Below the pieces are notes generated by a model, which had not been told where the DNA came from, did no database searches, and was given only the letters and a program-made list of their open reading frames with translations. A stretch of 46,879 nucleotides of DNA, from contig JBBRBK010000009.1 of assembly GCA_038205935.1 (NCBI GenBank), positions 1-46,879 of the forward strand. The letters are read 5' to 3'. Positions 8,942 through 19,308 of this stretch are shown in pieces. The stretch comes from Campylobacterales bacterium (lineage in GTDB: Bacteria > Campylobacterota > Campylobacteria > Campylobacterales > Sulfurimonadaceae). Made by a program: the position numbers and the translations under genes. Every line of letters begins with the position of its first letter. The first letter of the stretch is position 1.

Positions 8942-10165
8942 ATGAATGTAGATATGATGCGAAAAGTGGATTATTATGTGGGAATTCCACTTGCTTTTAT
9001 CGGTACGATACTCGATAAAGGTTTCAATATTTTTCGTTCTTCTAAAATTGTAAAGCCAAAAAATGTACTCTTAATAGAACTCTCAGAGATGGGATCTGCA
9101 ATCATCGTCGATCCAGCCATGCGAAAGCTCAAAGCAAATATCGAGGGTGAACTTTTCTTTGTTATCTTTAGTAAAAATAAGATCAGTCTTGATCTTCTTG
9201 GAACAGTCAAAAGCGAAAACGTTTATATGTTGGATGAGAGTTCTATCGGTTCTCTCATCGTAAGTGCCATAAAATTTATTTTCTGGTGTAGAAAAATGAA
9301 CATCGATTCTACGATAGATTTGGAACTTTTCTCACGCGTTACAGCCCTTTTATCTTTCGTAAGTGGCGCAAAAAACCGAGTCGGTTTTCATAGCTTTCAT
9401 AATGAAGGACTTTACCGCGGAGATTTTTTAACGAAAAAAGTATCGTACAATCCTCATCAACATATTGCAAAAAGTTTTGTAGCGCTTGTGGATGCACTTT
9501 TAAATCCTAATGAAGAGATTCCATACACAAAACGTGTCATTCCAGATAGTGAAATACAAATCGCAAAAGCTGTGATAGATCCAGCTGATGAAAAAGAAGT
9601 CTTAAATATCATCGCTTCAAAATATGAGGGATTTGATGCAAATATCAATCCTGTTATTTTAGTAAATTCCAATGCCTCAGACCTACTTCCACAACGCAGA
9701 TGGGATAGAAAAAATTATTGCGAAGTGATCAACAAGATTCTTTCATACAATGACAAAGCGATTGTTCTTCTCACAGGTGCACCTGCTGAGTTTGATGGCG
9801 CGCAACTTTTAGCTGATTGTGTGAATGATAAAAGATGTATCAACTTTGCTGGTGGCGTGAAATTTTTACAGCTTCCGACACTTTACTCACTAAGCGCTTT
9901 TATGTTGACAAATGACTCAGGTCCAGCGCACTTTGCTTCCATCACAGATATGCATACTTTCGTTATTTTTGGCCCTGAAACTCCGGCTCTTTACGGCTCA
10001 CTTGGACCAACAACACCTATCTTTGCAGGCATGGCATGTAGTCCTTGTGTGAGCGCTTCAAACCATAGAAAAACACCTTGTACAGATAACCAATGTATCC
10101 AAGTTATCACACCTGACTGGGTATTTAACACTTTGAAATTCAAACTCGATGCACTTTCTCAATAA
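8942..10165 (+). CDS. Glycosyltransferase family 9 (heptosyltransferase-like)
   Basis: SEMG, RRW, TNDSGPAH, IFGPE and a C-terminal CSPC...C...C. Confidence 0.88.
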   Translation: MNVDMMRKVDYYVGIPLAFIGTILDKGFNIFRSSKIVKPKNVLLIELSEMGSAIIVDPAMRKLKANIEGELFFVIFSKNKISLDLLGTVKSENVYMLDESSIGSLIVSAIKFIFWCRKMNIDSTIDLELFSRVTALLSFVSGAKNRVGFHSFHNEGLYRGDFLTKKVSYNPHQHIAKSFVALVDALLNPNEEIPYTKRVIPDSEIQIAKAVIDPADEKEVLNIIASKYEGFDANINPVILVNSNASDLLPQRRWDRKNYCEVINKILSYNDKAIVLLTGAPAEFDGAQLLADCVNDKRCINFAGGVKFLQLPTLYSLSAFMLTNDSGPAHFASITDMHTFVIFGPETPALYGSLGPTTPIFAGMACSPCVSASNHRKTPCTDNQCIQVITPDWVFNTLKFKLDALSQ

Positions 10166-11588
10166 AGAGCATCGTCCGCTTCTTCTTTTCATCACATTTG
10201 TAGCCATTATACGGCTCATTTTGTCCTTACATGTAGGGCTTGGAGTCGATGAAGCGCATTATGTTTTATATGGCATCAATCTCGACTGGAGCTATTTTGA
10301 CCATCCGCCGCTTGTGGGCTGGACAGATGCTTTTTTTACCTCTATCTTTGGAGTCAATGAATTTGGCGCGCGTTTTGGTGCGATAGTCATAGGATTTTTC
10401 ACTTCACTATTTGTCTATCAACTTATCTACGACATAGACAAAAACTCCAAAACAGCTTTTATCGCAGTTTTAGCTTTGCATGCGTCATTTTTGTTTAATG
10501 CTCTTTTTATTATGCTTTTGCCCGACACTTTTCTCTTTCTACTCGTTATTCCCATTATTTGGGCAGTGTTAAAAATAGAACAAAATGCTTCACTCAAAAA
10601 TTGGATTTTTTTAGCTGTTTTACTTGGAATCGGCGGGCTTGCAAAATATACGGCTGTCTTATTTGTTGTGCCCATTGTGCTTTATGTTATCATTAAAAAA
10701 AGATGGGATTTGCTTTTTTCTATCAAACTAATCCCTGCTATTCTTATTGCACTCCTTTTTATCTCACCAGTTATTTACTGGAATATTTTACATCATTGGA
10801 TAAGTTTTACCTATCAAAGCGATCATGTTGTTGGAGCAAAACATATCAGTTGGAGTTCCATAGCAAGCTCTCTTGGCGCGCAGTTTGGAGCTTACAATCC
10901 TCTGCTTTTTCCAGTCGCTTTTTATGGACTCTATAAAGCGTTAAAAAGCAAAAATGATACGCTCTTTTTATCTGGACTTTTTGGGCTTGTGCTCATTACA
11001 TTTTTCACTTACGCTTCACTTTTTAAGCCTGCCCTGCCTCACTGGAGCGCGCTTTTTTATCTGCTATTTATCCCAATAGGAACTTACTACATTTTAGAGT
11101 TAAGTAAAGGGTATAAACAAGCCTTACATGGTAGCATCGGTTTTGGACTTATCCTTTCAAGTGTTGCCTATGCTGAACTTGGTTTCAAATTTATTCCACA
11201 ACCCGATTATCAGTCTCTTCATCGCGATATTTATGGCTGGGATACCATCATGAAAGAAGCAAACTCTCTTATCAAAGATGATAAAAAAGAGGTTCTTGCC
11301 GTGACAAACTGGACACTTGCATCGCGCGCTATGTATTATAATCATCCATACAAAAGTAACATCTTTCTCATAGATGCCAGGTTTGATCAGTTCGATCTTT
11401 GGCAAAAAGGCTCGCCCGTGGGCAAAGATCTCATCATCATCGACACCCATTTCTTTCATAAAAATATGGCTAGTTATATGAAATGTGATTCTATTAGCGA
11501 AAATAAAAGCTTTGATATCACACTGAATAATCATAAAGTCAACACAATAAATTTGCTTACATGTAAGAACTTTCAAGGAATTAAATGA
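10149..11588 (+). CDS. Second GT-C fold glycosyltransferase (ArnT/PMT_2-like)
   Basis: DEAHY, SYFDHPPL, LPD, AKYT. Paralogous to 6565..7971. Confidence 0.9.
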   Translation: MHFLNKEHRPLLLFITFVAIIRLILSLHVGLGVDEAHYVLYGINLDWSYFDHPPLVGWTDAFFTSIFGVNEFGARFGAIVIGFFTSLFVYQLIYDIDKNSKTAFIAVLALHASFLFNALFIMLLPDTFLFLLVIPIIWAVLKIEQNASLKNWIFLAVLLGIGGLAKYTAVLFVVPIVLYVIIKKRWDLLFSIKLIPAILIALLFISPVIYWNILHHWISFTYQSDHVVGAKHISWSSIASSLGAQFGAYNPLLFPVAFYGLYKALKSKNDTLFLSGLFGLVLITFFTYASLFKPALPHWSALFYLLFIPIGTYYILELSKGYKQALHGSIGFGLILSSVAYAELGFKFIPQPDYQSLHRDIYGWDTIMKEANSLIKDDKKEVLAVTNWTLASRAMYYNHPYKSNIFLIDARFDQFDLWQKGSPVGKDLIIIDTHFFHKNMASYMKCDSISENKSFDITLNNHKVNTINLLTCKNFQGIK

Positions 11589-12250
11589 ATTTTTCGCAAA
11601 AACAATATGCTTTTTCTATTATGGCCGTTATCTCTTTTATAATATTTTCTTACTTTTATCTTGATAGACCAATCGCTGAGTATTTTTTAGCAAATGCATC
11701 GACATATGAGTCTTTTGGAGATTTTCTAAGCCTCTTTGGAGAATCAAACTGGTATTTCGCTACCGCTATTATTGGCTTTGTTATTTTCAAATTTATCAAA
11801 AAAAATGAACTCTATGCTCAGCGTTTTTTATTTTTACTATATATCAATATTTTTTCTGGTTTGCTCAGTCTAATCTTAAAAAATTTATTTGGCAGAATTC
11901 GTCCTTGGGGACTTCGTAACGGCGGCGATGAGTATGGATTTTTACTTTTTCAAAACTTCGATATGGGAATCGTAGAAAAGTTTAAAACTCACATTACAAC
12001 TATTGTAGATGCCGCCACGACGTACACCTCTTTTCCATCAGGTCACTCAACAACCCTTTTTACAGCGGCAGTTTATCTTATACTACTTTTTCCAAAACAG
12101 AAAATACTCTGGCTCTCTCTTGCTATACTTTTCGTCAGCGGAAGGCTAATGGACAGTGATCATTTTTTAAGTGATATCACCGCTGGAGCAGTAGTTGGAA
12201 CACTTTCGACTCTTTACATGTACTCAAAACTAAAGGAAAAAATCAGATGA
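11585..12250 (+). CDS. PAP2 family membrane phosphatase (LpxE/PgpB-like)
   Basis: C1 KNLFGRIRP, C2 SFPSGH, C3 R.....HFLSD. Confidence 0.9.
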   Translation: MNFSQKQYAFSIMAVISFIIFSYFYLDRPIAEYFLANASTYESFGDFLSLFGESNWYFATAIIGFVIFKFIKKNELYAQRFLFLLYINIFSGLLSLILKNLFGRIRPWGLRNGGDEYGFLLFQNFDMGIVEKFKTHITTIVDAATTYTSFPSGHSTTLFTAAVYLILLFPKQKILWLSLAILFVSGRLMDSDHFLSDITAGAVVGTLSTLYMYSKLKEKIR

Positions 12251-13515
12251 AAATCGCAAAAAGAATAGTTTTCTCACTCTTTATTATTGCCCTACTTTAT
12301 GGCATCGGAAGATTTTTTGTCGTTGCTTATGACAGTTATGTATTTCTACCTAGACAGCCCTATCTTCAAATGCAAACACAAAATGCCATAACACTCAAAT
12401 GGCAGACACCAAAGGCTGAAATAGGAAGTGTTGATTATAGCAATGGCTACCATGTAAGTGAAAAGAAAGCTGATAGATATCACTCTTTAACACTTTCAGG
12501 ACTCAAACCTGACACTTGTTATAACTATAAAGTCAATGCAACTTCATTAGCAATAGACAACACAAACAGAGTCTTTTGTACCCTCAACACCAAAAAGGAC
12601 TTAGAGCGTCTTTGGATTGTTGGCGATACGGGAGAAGATTCTACAAAACAAAGAAACGTTTATCGTGCCATGCTCTCTTATGTGGATAACAACCTTTCAA
12701 AGATAGATCTCTGGCTTCTATTAGGCGATAATGCATATACAAGTGGAACACAAAAGCAATACAATAAAGACCTTTTTGATCCCTACAAAGAGCTTATCAA
12801 ACAAAAAAATATCTGGGCACTTGATGGCAACCACGATGCAAGACGTTGGGCTTTTTATGATATCTTTGATTTTCCTACAAAAGGCGAAAGCGGTGGGATA
12901 CCGAGTAAAAGTGAAAAATACTACTCTATTGATGAAGCAAACTTCCATCTTGTCATGCTAGATTCTGAGGTTGAAGATAGAAGTGTAAATGGGAAAATGG
13001 CGCAGTGGCTAAAATCAGATCTTGCGGCAAACAAAAAGAATTGGACTATTGTCGCCTTTCATCACCCTCCATATTCAGACGGTTCACACAAATCAAACAA
13101 TCCTAAAGACAGCGGCGGACGCCTTAAAGAGATGAGAGAAAACTTTACACCAATCTTTGATAAATATGATGTAGATTTGGTCATAAGCGGACACTCACAT
13201 GTGTATGAAAGAAGTAGACTCATGGCAAACCATACGGGGATGAGCAAAAGCTTTGATGAAGCCTTACATGTAAAGCAAACAGATCTTCATACCTATACAA
13301 AATCTTTGGTTAAAACACCAAATAGCGGAGTCATTTACATCGTAGATGGCTCAGGTTCAAAAGCAGATAGTGGCGATTTTAAAATTCCAGAACTTCCTAT
13401 TGGCTTTTCAGTCTCAGGTTCTGTTATTTTAGAGATCACCCCGACAACATTAAGTGAAAAATTTTTAACAGACAATGATATAATAAAAGACAGTTTTACG
13501 ATCACAAAGCACTAA
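12247..13515 (+). CDS. Purple-acid-phosphatase-like metallophosphoesterase with N-terminal anchor and FN3-like domain
   Basis: GDTG, GDNAY, GNHD, HHPPY, SGHSHVYER. Confidence 0.88.
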   Translation: MKIAKRIVFSLFIIALLYGIGRFFVVAYDSYVFLPRQPYLQMQTQNAITLKWQTPKAEIGSVDYSNGYHVSEKKADRYHSLTLSGLKPDTCYNYKVNATSLAIDNTNRVFCTLNTKKDLERLWIVGDTGEDSTKQRNVYRAMLSYVDNNLSKIDLWLLLGDNAYTSGTQKQYNKDLFDPYKELIKQKNIWALDGNHDARRWAFYDIFDFPTKGESGGIPSKSEKYYSIDEANFHLVMLDSEVEDRSVNGKMAQWLKSDLAANKKNWTIVAFHHPPYSDGSHKSNNPKDSGGRLKEMRENFTPIFDKYDVDLVISGHSHVYERSRLMANHTGMSKSFDEALHVKQTDLHTYTKSLVKTPNSGVIYIVDGSGSKADSGDFKIPELPIGFSVSGSVILEITPTTLSEKFLTDNDIIKDSFTITKH

Positions 13516-14327
13516 GCTAGAGGATGATGCATCCTCACAGTATCTTGAAGGTTTTGCTTTTGGACATGCGTGTAAATCTGCGTTGTAAGAAGAGAAGAAT
13601 GACCCAAGAGCTCTTGAACCACTCTTAAATCTGCTCCGCCGATGATAAGTGAAGTCGCATAGGAGTGACGCAGTACATGCGGAGAAACTCCAAGATATTT
13701 TTGCGTGATCTTATAAGCAGAAATACGACTAAGAGGTTTTCCTTGATAGTTAAGCCAGACATCATCTTTCTCATATGGTGACTCATTTAAATATTCTCTC
13801 ATAGCTTTAAGTGCAACTTCTGCTATGGGAATCATCCGCTCTTTATCCCCTTTTCCATGCCTTACATGTAACCATTCTCCCTCGATATCTTCTCGCCCCA
13901 AAGCCAAGCATTCGCTTATTCTTGTTCCGCTTGCATATAAGAAAAGTATTAATGCATAATCACGCATTCCAAGCCAAGATGACTTATCTATCAAAGATAA
14001 GCCATTTTTCACATCAGAAAAAGAAAGAAATTTAGGAAGTGTTTTTGGTATTTTGGAGAGCTTGAAGTGGTTTTTTTCATCTGCAAACTGACTCTTGTAA
14101 CAAAAAGAAAAAAAGGCATTTACAGCTGAAAGTTTTCGGTTTAAAGTACGCTTGTTCGCGTACTGTGTTAAGACACTCAAAACCTCATTTGTATCGAGGT
14201 TTATAAGTGGTTTTGCAAGATTTTCTTCGATCTGTGTCAAGTCATTTTTATACGCTTCAACACTTCTTTTACTAAGGGCTTTTGTAACGATAATATACTC
14301 TAAAAAAGCCTCCAGTTCACGAGACAT
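13512..14327 (-). CDS. xerD: XerD-like tyrosine recombinase
   Basis: LYASGTRISE, GKGDKER, SPHVLRHSYAT, GADLRVVQELLGH...TTQIYTH. Confidence 0.8.
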   Translation of the reverse strand: MSRELEAFLEYIIVTKALSKRSVEAYKNDLTQIEENLAKPLINLDTNEVLSVLTQYANKRTLNRKLSAVNAFFSFCYKSQFADEKNHFKLSKIPKTLPKFLSFSDVKNGLSLIDKSSWLGMRDYALILFLYASGTRISECLALGREDIEGEWLHVRHGKGDKERMIPIAEVALKAMREYLNESPYEKDDVWLNYQGKPLSRISAYKITQKYLGVSPHVLRHSYATSLIIGGADLRVVQELLGHSSLLTTQIYTHVQKQNLQDTVRMHHPLA

Positions 14328-14331
14328 GAAG

Positions 14332-15345
14332 CTATTTTTTTATAGAAAAATACTTATCATCAACATAAAAAGCTTTATCTCCGACATAAACATAACTCTC
14401 ATTGTTTATGCTTACTTTATAGATCTTATACGATTTCAAATCTTTTTCTAGTGCGATGATGTATCCCTCTTTTTCTAAGAGATATACTTTATCATCTGTG
14501 ACAATCATTCCTAAAAAGTGAGCAAAAGGAAATTTAATTTTTGATCTTAGCTGTAAAGTTGGAGTAAGGTTCACAACTTCACCCTGCTTTGTAGCGATAT
14601 AAATACCATCTTTTTGATCATAACGCATATTACGAATCTCATATGATGCACGGATATCTTTCTCAGCCAAAGAAAGAAGTTCATATCCTGTAGCTGCTAT
14701 GAGGTTATCACCGACAACATTAAAAGCTATGACATTATTAAACTTATCAGCACTGCTGATAATCATCGATCTAAGAACTTTTTTCTCTTTAGAATTCACA
14801 ATAACGATCTTTCCATCAAGAGTTAAAAAAAGTACAAGATCATCTAAAAAATAGGGATTGACAATCTTTGCATCTACAACTATTGGTGCATTGCCTTCAC
14901 TATGAAAAAGGATCTCTTTTGTTTTTAATGAATAAATCGCGAGCTCATTACTTGCAAAAACTACCGCAAGCATATCATCTTTCACGCTTGCCGCTGCAAC
15001 AGTCTTTTTAAGATTAAAAAACTCTTTGACAGAATGATCAGCTTTAGATGTAAGGGTTGTATTGCCATCGATTTGTGATGTTACTATCCACTTTTCATCC
15101 GCATCAAGCAAACGCTCTTTATCTGTGTCTACATGTACGTCAATGACCGTATCATGAGAAAGAATACGTCCATCTTTTAAAACAGCACCATTGGCTGTAA
15201 CGTCAATCATTGATGTTTTAAGACTCTCTTTTTCTGCCCATGAACCGACAACCGTGTCTTTCTCAGGTTTAAACACTTTTTTTGTACTACATCCGCTAAA
15301 TGCAACTAAGCCAACAATTAATGTTATATGTAATAAAGTCTTCAC
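14332..15345 (-). CDS. Beta-strand-rich lipoprotein (probable beta-propeller)
   Basis: Lipobox FSGC. Repeated short strands with turns (LTLDGKIVIV, IATKQGEVV, LLEKEGYIIAL) resemble PQQ/WD-type blades. Confidence 0.65.
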   Translation of the reverse strand: MKTLLHITLIVGLVAFSGCSTKKVFKPEKDTVVGSWAEKESLKTSMIDVTANGAVLKDGRILSHDTVIDVHVDTDKERLLDADEKWIVTSQIDGNTTLTSKADHSVKEFFNLKKTVAAASVKDDMLAVVFASNELAIYSLKTKEILFHSEGNAPIVVDAKIVNPYFLDDLVLFLTLDGKIVIVNSKEKKVLRSMIISSADKFNNVIAFNVVGDNLIAATGYELLSLAEKDIRASYEIRNMRYDQKDGIYIATKQGEVVNLTPTLQLRSKIKFPFAHFLGMIVTDDKVYLLEKEGYIIALEKDLKSYKIYKVSINNESYVYVGDKAFYVDDKYFSIKK

Positions 15346-15348
15346 GAT

Positions 15349-15945
15349 TTACTTTACACCATAATGCATAAGCGATTTAGCAACGCCATAAACAGCCGAG
15401 TTTGAAGATACAGATGCAAGTTTTCTATTTGCTTCTTCGATCTTATTTTGTTCCATAAGCAAAACCGCACTTTGGATCAATGCCAAATCTTTATCAATAG
15501 CATCTTCACCGTTTGCATATGTGTTTAAGCCATTGAGATTACTTTGCAAAGATGCAAGCTGATACGTTGCCAGATCTGAGACTGCAAACGCTTTTGATGA
15601 TTTGAGTTCTTCAAGAGCTTTCACATCGCCTTTTTTGATAGCATTTGAAAGCATATACAAATCGTACAATTTAGGATCATTATCTTTTAAATCAGCCAAA
15701 GCTTGTTTATCGTCGCTATGAGACTGCAAGATTGAAAATGCTACATTTGCACTCTCAACTTTTGAACTTTTGATGTAATTGTAAGTTACATTTCCAACTA
15801 TTGCGACAACAACAACTACAGCCAAACCGATAAGCTGTGTTTTATATTTGTTAAAAAAACGCTCTGTCTTAATCGCATTTTCTAAAAACTTTTCTTCGGC
15901 ATTTAGTTCATCTCTTACCATTGATATATTATCTTTAAAGCTCAA
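15349..15945 (-). CDS. YfgM-like single-pass membrane protein with TPR-like helices
   Basis: EEKFLE...ERFFNKYK followed by one TM and a helical periplasmic part. Start re-assigned to TTG 15945 behind GGAGA. Confidence 0.65.
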   Translation of the reverse strand: MSFKDNISMVRDELNAEEKFLENAIKTERFFNKYKTQLIGLAVVVVVAIVGNVTYNYIKSSKVESANVAFSILQSHSDDKQALADLKDNDPKLYDLYMLSNAIKKGDVKALEELKSSKAFAVSDLATYQLASLQSNLNGLNTYANGEDAIDKDLALIQSAVLLMEQNKIEEANRKLASVSSNSAVYGVAKSLMHYGVK

Positions 15946-16020
15946 AAACATCTCCATACTTATAAATAGTCAGTAATAATATCAAATAGATTGTTAAAGT
16001 TTTGTGAAATAGAATTTTTT

Positions 16021-16029
16021 TGTTACAAT
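16021..16029 (+). promoter_or_regulatory. Extended -10 promoter for gatC operon
   Basis: TGtTACAAT about 30 nt upstream of gatC, which has an AAGGA RBS. Confidence 0.5.
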
Positions 16030-16059
16030 CTTGCGCATATAACCAAATAAGGAACTTCA

Positions 16060-16350
16060 ATGAAAGTAGACAATGCACTTTTAACACGTTTAGAAAAATT
16101 ATCATATCTTCAAATTTCAGAGGACAAAAGAGAGGAGATCATCTCGCAACTCTCAGAAATAGTCTCTTTTGTGGATAATCTTAGTGAATTAAATACAGAT
16201 CATGTAGATGATAAATTTTCTATGACAAATCAAGCAACATTTACGCGTGAAGATATTGAAAATTGTGATCGTTCTATTAATGATAATATCCTCAAAAATG
16301 CACCTGATAGTGCGGATCATTTTTTTATCGTACCAAAAATCATTGAGTAA
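16060..16350 (+). CDS. gatC: Asp-tRNA(Asn)/Glu-tRNA(Gln) amidotransferase subunit C
   Basis: 96 aa with RED, NAP and FFIVPKIIE terminus. Confidence 0.95.
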   Translation: MKVDNALLTRLEKLSYLQISEDKREEIISQLSEIVSFVDNLSELNTDHVDDKFSMTNQATFTREDIENCDRSINDNILKNAPDSADHFFIVPKIIE

Positions 16351-16353
16351 TTA

Positions 16354-16695
16354 ATGCTTATAGTTCATGGAATAAAAAATTGCGACAGTGTCAAAAAAGC
16401 TTTAAAATTTTTACAAGAAAATGGAATTGAATATTCCTTTAGGGATTTTAAAATCTCTCCAGTAGATTGTAATGAAATAAAAGAGTGGCTCGATCACACA
16501 ACAATAGATAAACTTTTCAATTCCAAAAGTACGACATACAGAAAATTTAATCTCAAAGAACTCGCTCTAAGTGATGATGAGAAAATTGATTGGCTATGCA
16601 AAGAAAATCTTCTTATAAAAAGACCTGTTATACAATACAAGAATGCTATAATTGTCGGCTATGACAAAGATCACTACGAAACGGAGCTATTATGA
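16354..16695 (+). CDS. ArsC/Spx/MgsR family protein (YffB-like)
   Basis: GIKNCDSVKKA, LLIKRPV. Confidence 0.88.
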   Translation: MLIVHGIKNCDSVKKALKFLQENGIEYSFRDFKISPVDCNEIKEWLDHTTIDKLFNSKSTTYRKFNLKELALSDDEKIDWLCKENLLIKRPVIQYKNAIIVGYDKDHYETELL

Positions 16696-17771
16696 GTGAA
16701 AAAGTTCAAAATTTAGATATAAAAAAACTTTTAAAAAGTGTTGTTGCCTACAAAGCCTCGGACTTGCACTTGGTTTCTCATGCTGAACCTCAAATCAGAA
16801 TAGATGGAAGACTTGTTCCCTTAAATCTTCCACAACTTGATGGAGATATGATCACAGATATGGCCTATGCTCTTCTTACAGAAAAGCAAAAGAAAGATTT
16901 TGAAGAGTTTAATGAGCTGGACTTTGCGATTATGCTTCCTGATGTTGGCCGATTTCGTTGTAACTACTACAAAACTATGGGTGATCTCGCTTGTGCTTTT
17001 CGTATTATTCCAACTGAAATACCTTCACTTGATGATCTCAACGCAAAAAAGATCTTTAAAGAACTTATCAAACGCGAAAAAGGGCTTATCCTAGTTACTG
17101 GACCTACGGGAAGCGGTAAATCAACGACTCTTGCGGCGATGCTAAACGAGATCAATGAGACAGAAAAGAAACACATCATCACCGTAGAAGATCCTGTCGA
17201 GTTTGTCCATAAAAACAAAAAATGTCTCTTTTCTCAAAGAAATGTCGGAACTGATACAAATGGATTTCATACGGCCCTCAAATATGCCCTGCGCCAAGAT
17301 CCTGATGTTATCCTCATTGGAGAGATGCGTGATAAAGAGACTATCTCTGCAGCGCTCACAGCTGCGGAAACTGGTCACTTAGTCTTTGGAACTTTGCATA
17401 CCAACTCTGCTCCTGGAACTATTAACCGTATTATCGACGTATTTAGTGGCGAAGAACAGCCTCAAATCCGTGCTCAGATATCTACTTCACTCATCGCAAT
17501 TATCTCTCAAGCTTTGATCCCTAGAATAGGTGGAGGACGTATTGCAGCGCAGGAACTTCTAGTTACAAATCCAGCTATTGCGAATCTTATACGTGAAGAT
17601 AAAGTTCACCAACTTTATTCACAAATGCAGTTAAATCAGCAAGGTACAAATATGACAACACAATCTCAAGAGATTATTGAATTTTTAAGAAAGAAAATTA
17701 TTTCAAAAGAGAATGCGATTGCGTATTCAAACCGCCCAGAAGAGTTGATAAAGATGATAGAGGGATTATAA
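16692..17771 (+). CDS. pilT: Type IV pilus retraction ATPase PilT
   Basis: ASDLHL, GPTGSGKSTTLAA, TVEDPVE, LRQDPDVILIGEMRD, GHLVFGTLHT, AIANLIRE. Confidence 0.93.
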   Translation: MSEKVQNLDIKKLLKSVVAYKASDLHLVSHAEPQIRIDGRLVPLNLPQLDGDMITDMAYALLTEKQKKDFEEFNELDFAIMLPDVGRFRCNYYKTMGDLACAFRIIPTEIPSLDDLNAKKIFKELIKREKGLILVTGPTGSGKSTTLAAMLNEINETEKKHIITVEDPVEFVHKNKKCLFSQRNVGTDTNGFHTALKYALRQDPDVILIGEMRDKETISAALTAAETGHLVFGTLHTNSAPGTINRIIDVFSGEEQPQIRAQISTSLIAIISQALIPRIGGGRIAAQELLVTNPAIANLIREDKVHQLYSQMQLNQQGTNMTTQSQEIIEFLRKKIISKENAIAYSNRPEELIKMIEGL

Positions 17772-17800
17772 AAAAGAGTCTTTCGACTCTTTTTATTTTT
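17771..17800. terminator. Bidirectional intrinsic terminator between pilT and DAHP synthase
   Basis: AAAAAGAGTC-tttc-GACTCTTTTT perfect inverted repeat between convergent genes. Confidence 0.85.
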
Positions 17801-19142
17801 GTGCGTCTTTTAAAGTATCTGCTATTAAAAATGCAAGTTCAAGTGCCTGATCAGCGTTTAAACGTGGATCACAATGTGTATGGTAACGAGAACTTAGATC
17901 TTCTTCAGTCACTACAAAAGAACCGCCGATACACTCAGTGACGTTCTTCCCTGTCATTTCCAAGTGAACACCGCCAGCATAAGTTCCCTCAGCTTTATGA
18001 ACTTGAAAAAACTGTTTCATCTCTGTAAGAACAGAATCAACCGGACGAGTTTTAAAGTTGTTTGATGATTTTATAGTATTACCGTGCATCGGATCACAGC
18101 TCCATACCACGTTAAGCCCTTCTCTCTCAATTGCACGGATCAGTTTAGGCATACCATCACCTACTTTATCTGCACCCATTCTAACAATGATATTTAAACG
18201 TCCAGCTTCATTTTCAGGATTGAGTGCCTCTGCTAGTCTTACTAGATCCTCTGGATCCATTGATGGACCGGCTTTAACACCGATAGGATTTTTGATTCCC
18301 TTCATATACTCTACATGTGCACCGTCTAATTGGCGTGTTCTATCACCGATCCAAAGCATATGTGCAGATGTATCATACCATTCACCTGTCAAAGAATCTT
18401 GTCTTGTAAAAGCTTCTTCATATGGAAGTAAAAGGGCTTCATGTGAAGTAAAGAAATCTGTTTCTCTTAAAGTTCTATATGTTTTAGAGTTAATTCCACA
18501 TGCTTCCATAAACTTCAAAGATCTTTCAATATCTCCTGCCATATCTTCAAACTTTTGGCTGATCTCACCTTTTTGTGTGAAATCTAAAGTCCATTTATGA
18601 ATCTGATGTAAATCTGCCAAACCCCCAGATGCAAATGCACGTAAAAGGTTTAATGTTGCGGCTGATTGATTATATGCTTTGATCATTCTCTTAGGATCTG
18701 GAACACGAGCTTCTGGCGTAAAATCTACACCGTTAATGATATCACCTCTGTAAGAATCAAGAGTAAGTCCATCAATTGTTTCAAAATCACTTGAACGTGG
18801 TTTTGCAAACTGACCACCCAAACGACCAACTTTCACCACAGGAAGTCCACCGGCATAAGTCATAACAACAGACATTTGAAGTAAAACTTTAAAAGTGTCT
18901 CTGATGTTTTGTGCATGGAACTCTGAAAAACTCTCAGCACAATCTCCACCTTGAAGTAAGAAAGCGCGACCATTTGCAACCTCTGCCAATTGTTCTTTTA
19001 ATGAACGTGCTTCTCCAGCAAAAACAAGAGGAGGATAGTTTTTTAATTCTTCGAGGACATTTTTCAACTCCTCTTGATTTGGATATGTAGGTTGCTGTAA
19101 GATCGATTTTTCTCTCCAGCTTGATCGGTTCCAGTTACTCAT
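17793..19142 (-). CDS. Class II DAHP synthase
   Basis: [40 protein letters not shown]. Confidence 0.97.
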   Translation of the reverse strand: MSNWNRSSWREKSILQQPTYPNQEELKNVLEELKNYPPLVFAGEARSLKEQLAEVANGRAFLLQGGDCAESFSEFHAQNIRDTFKVLLQMSVVMTYAGGLPVVKVGRLGGQFAKPRSSDFETIDGLTLDSYRGDIINGVDFTPEARVPDPKRMIKAYNQSAATLNLLRAFASGGLADLHQIHKWTLDFTQKGEISQKFEDMAGDIERSLKFMEACGINSKTYRTLRETDFFTSHEALLLPYEEAFTRQDSLTGEWYDTSAHMLWIGDRTRQLDGAHVEYMKGIKNPIGVKAGPSMDPEDLVRLAEALNPENEAGRLNIIVRMGADKVGDGMPKLIRAIEREGLNVVWSCDPMHGNTIKSSNNFKTRPVDSVLTEMKQFFQVHKAEGTYAGGVHLEMTGKNVTECIGGSFVVTEEDLSSRYHTHCDPRLNADQALELAFLIADTLKDAQK

Positions 19143-19308
19143 ATTTTAAACCCCATTAATCATTGATTTTTATAATAAATTACGTGATTTTACTAAAAAG
19201 TTCCTAAAATAGCTCTGATTTAAACTTCTGCTGAAATAATATTGCTGTATCAAAAGATATTTTTTATACATAAAAATGTATAATGATGCCAATTTAAATG
19301 ATTGAAAG

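Noticed and set aside
13512..14327. Tyrosine recombinase as a prophage or integron integrase
   Set aside because: It has a XerD-like signature, no integron insertion, and no att sites, tRNA or mobile cargo nearby.
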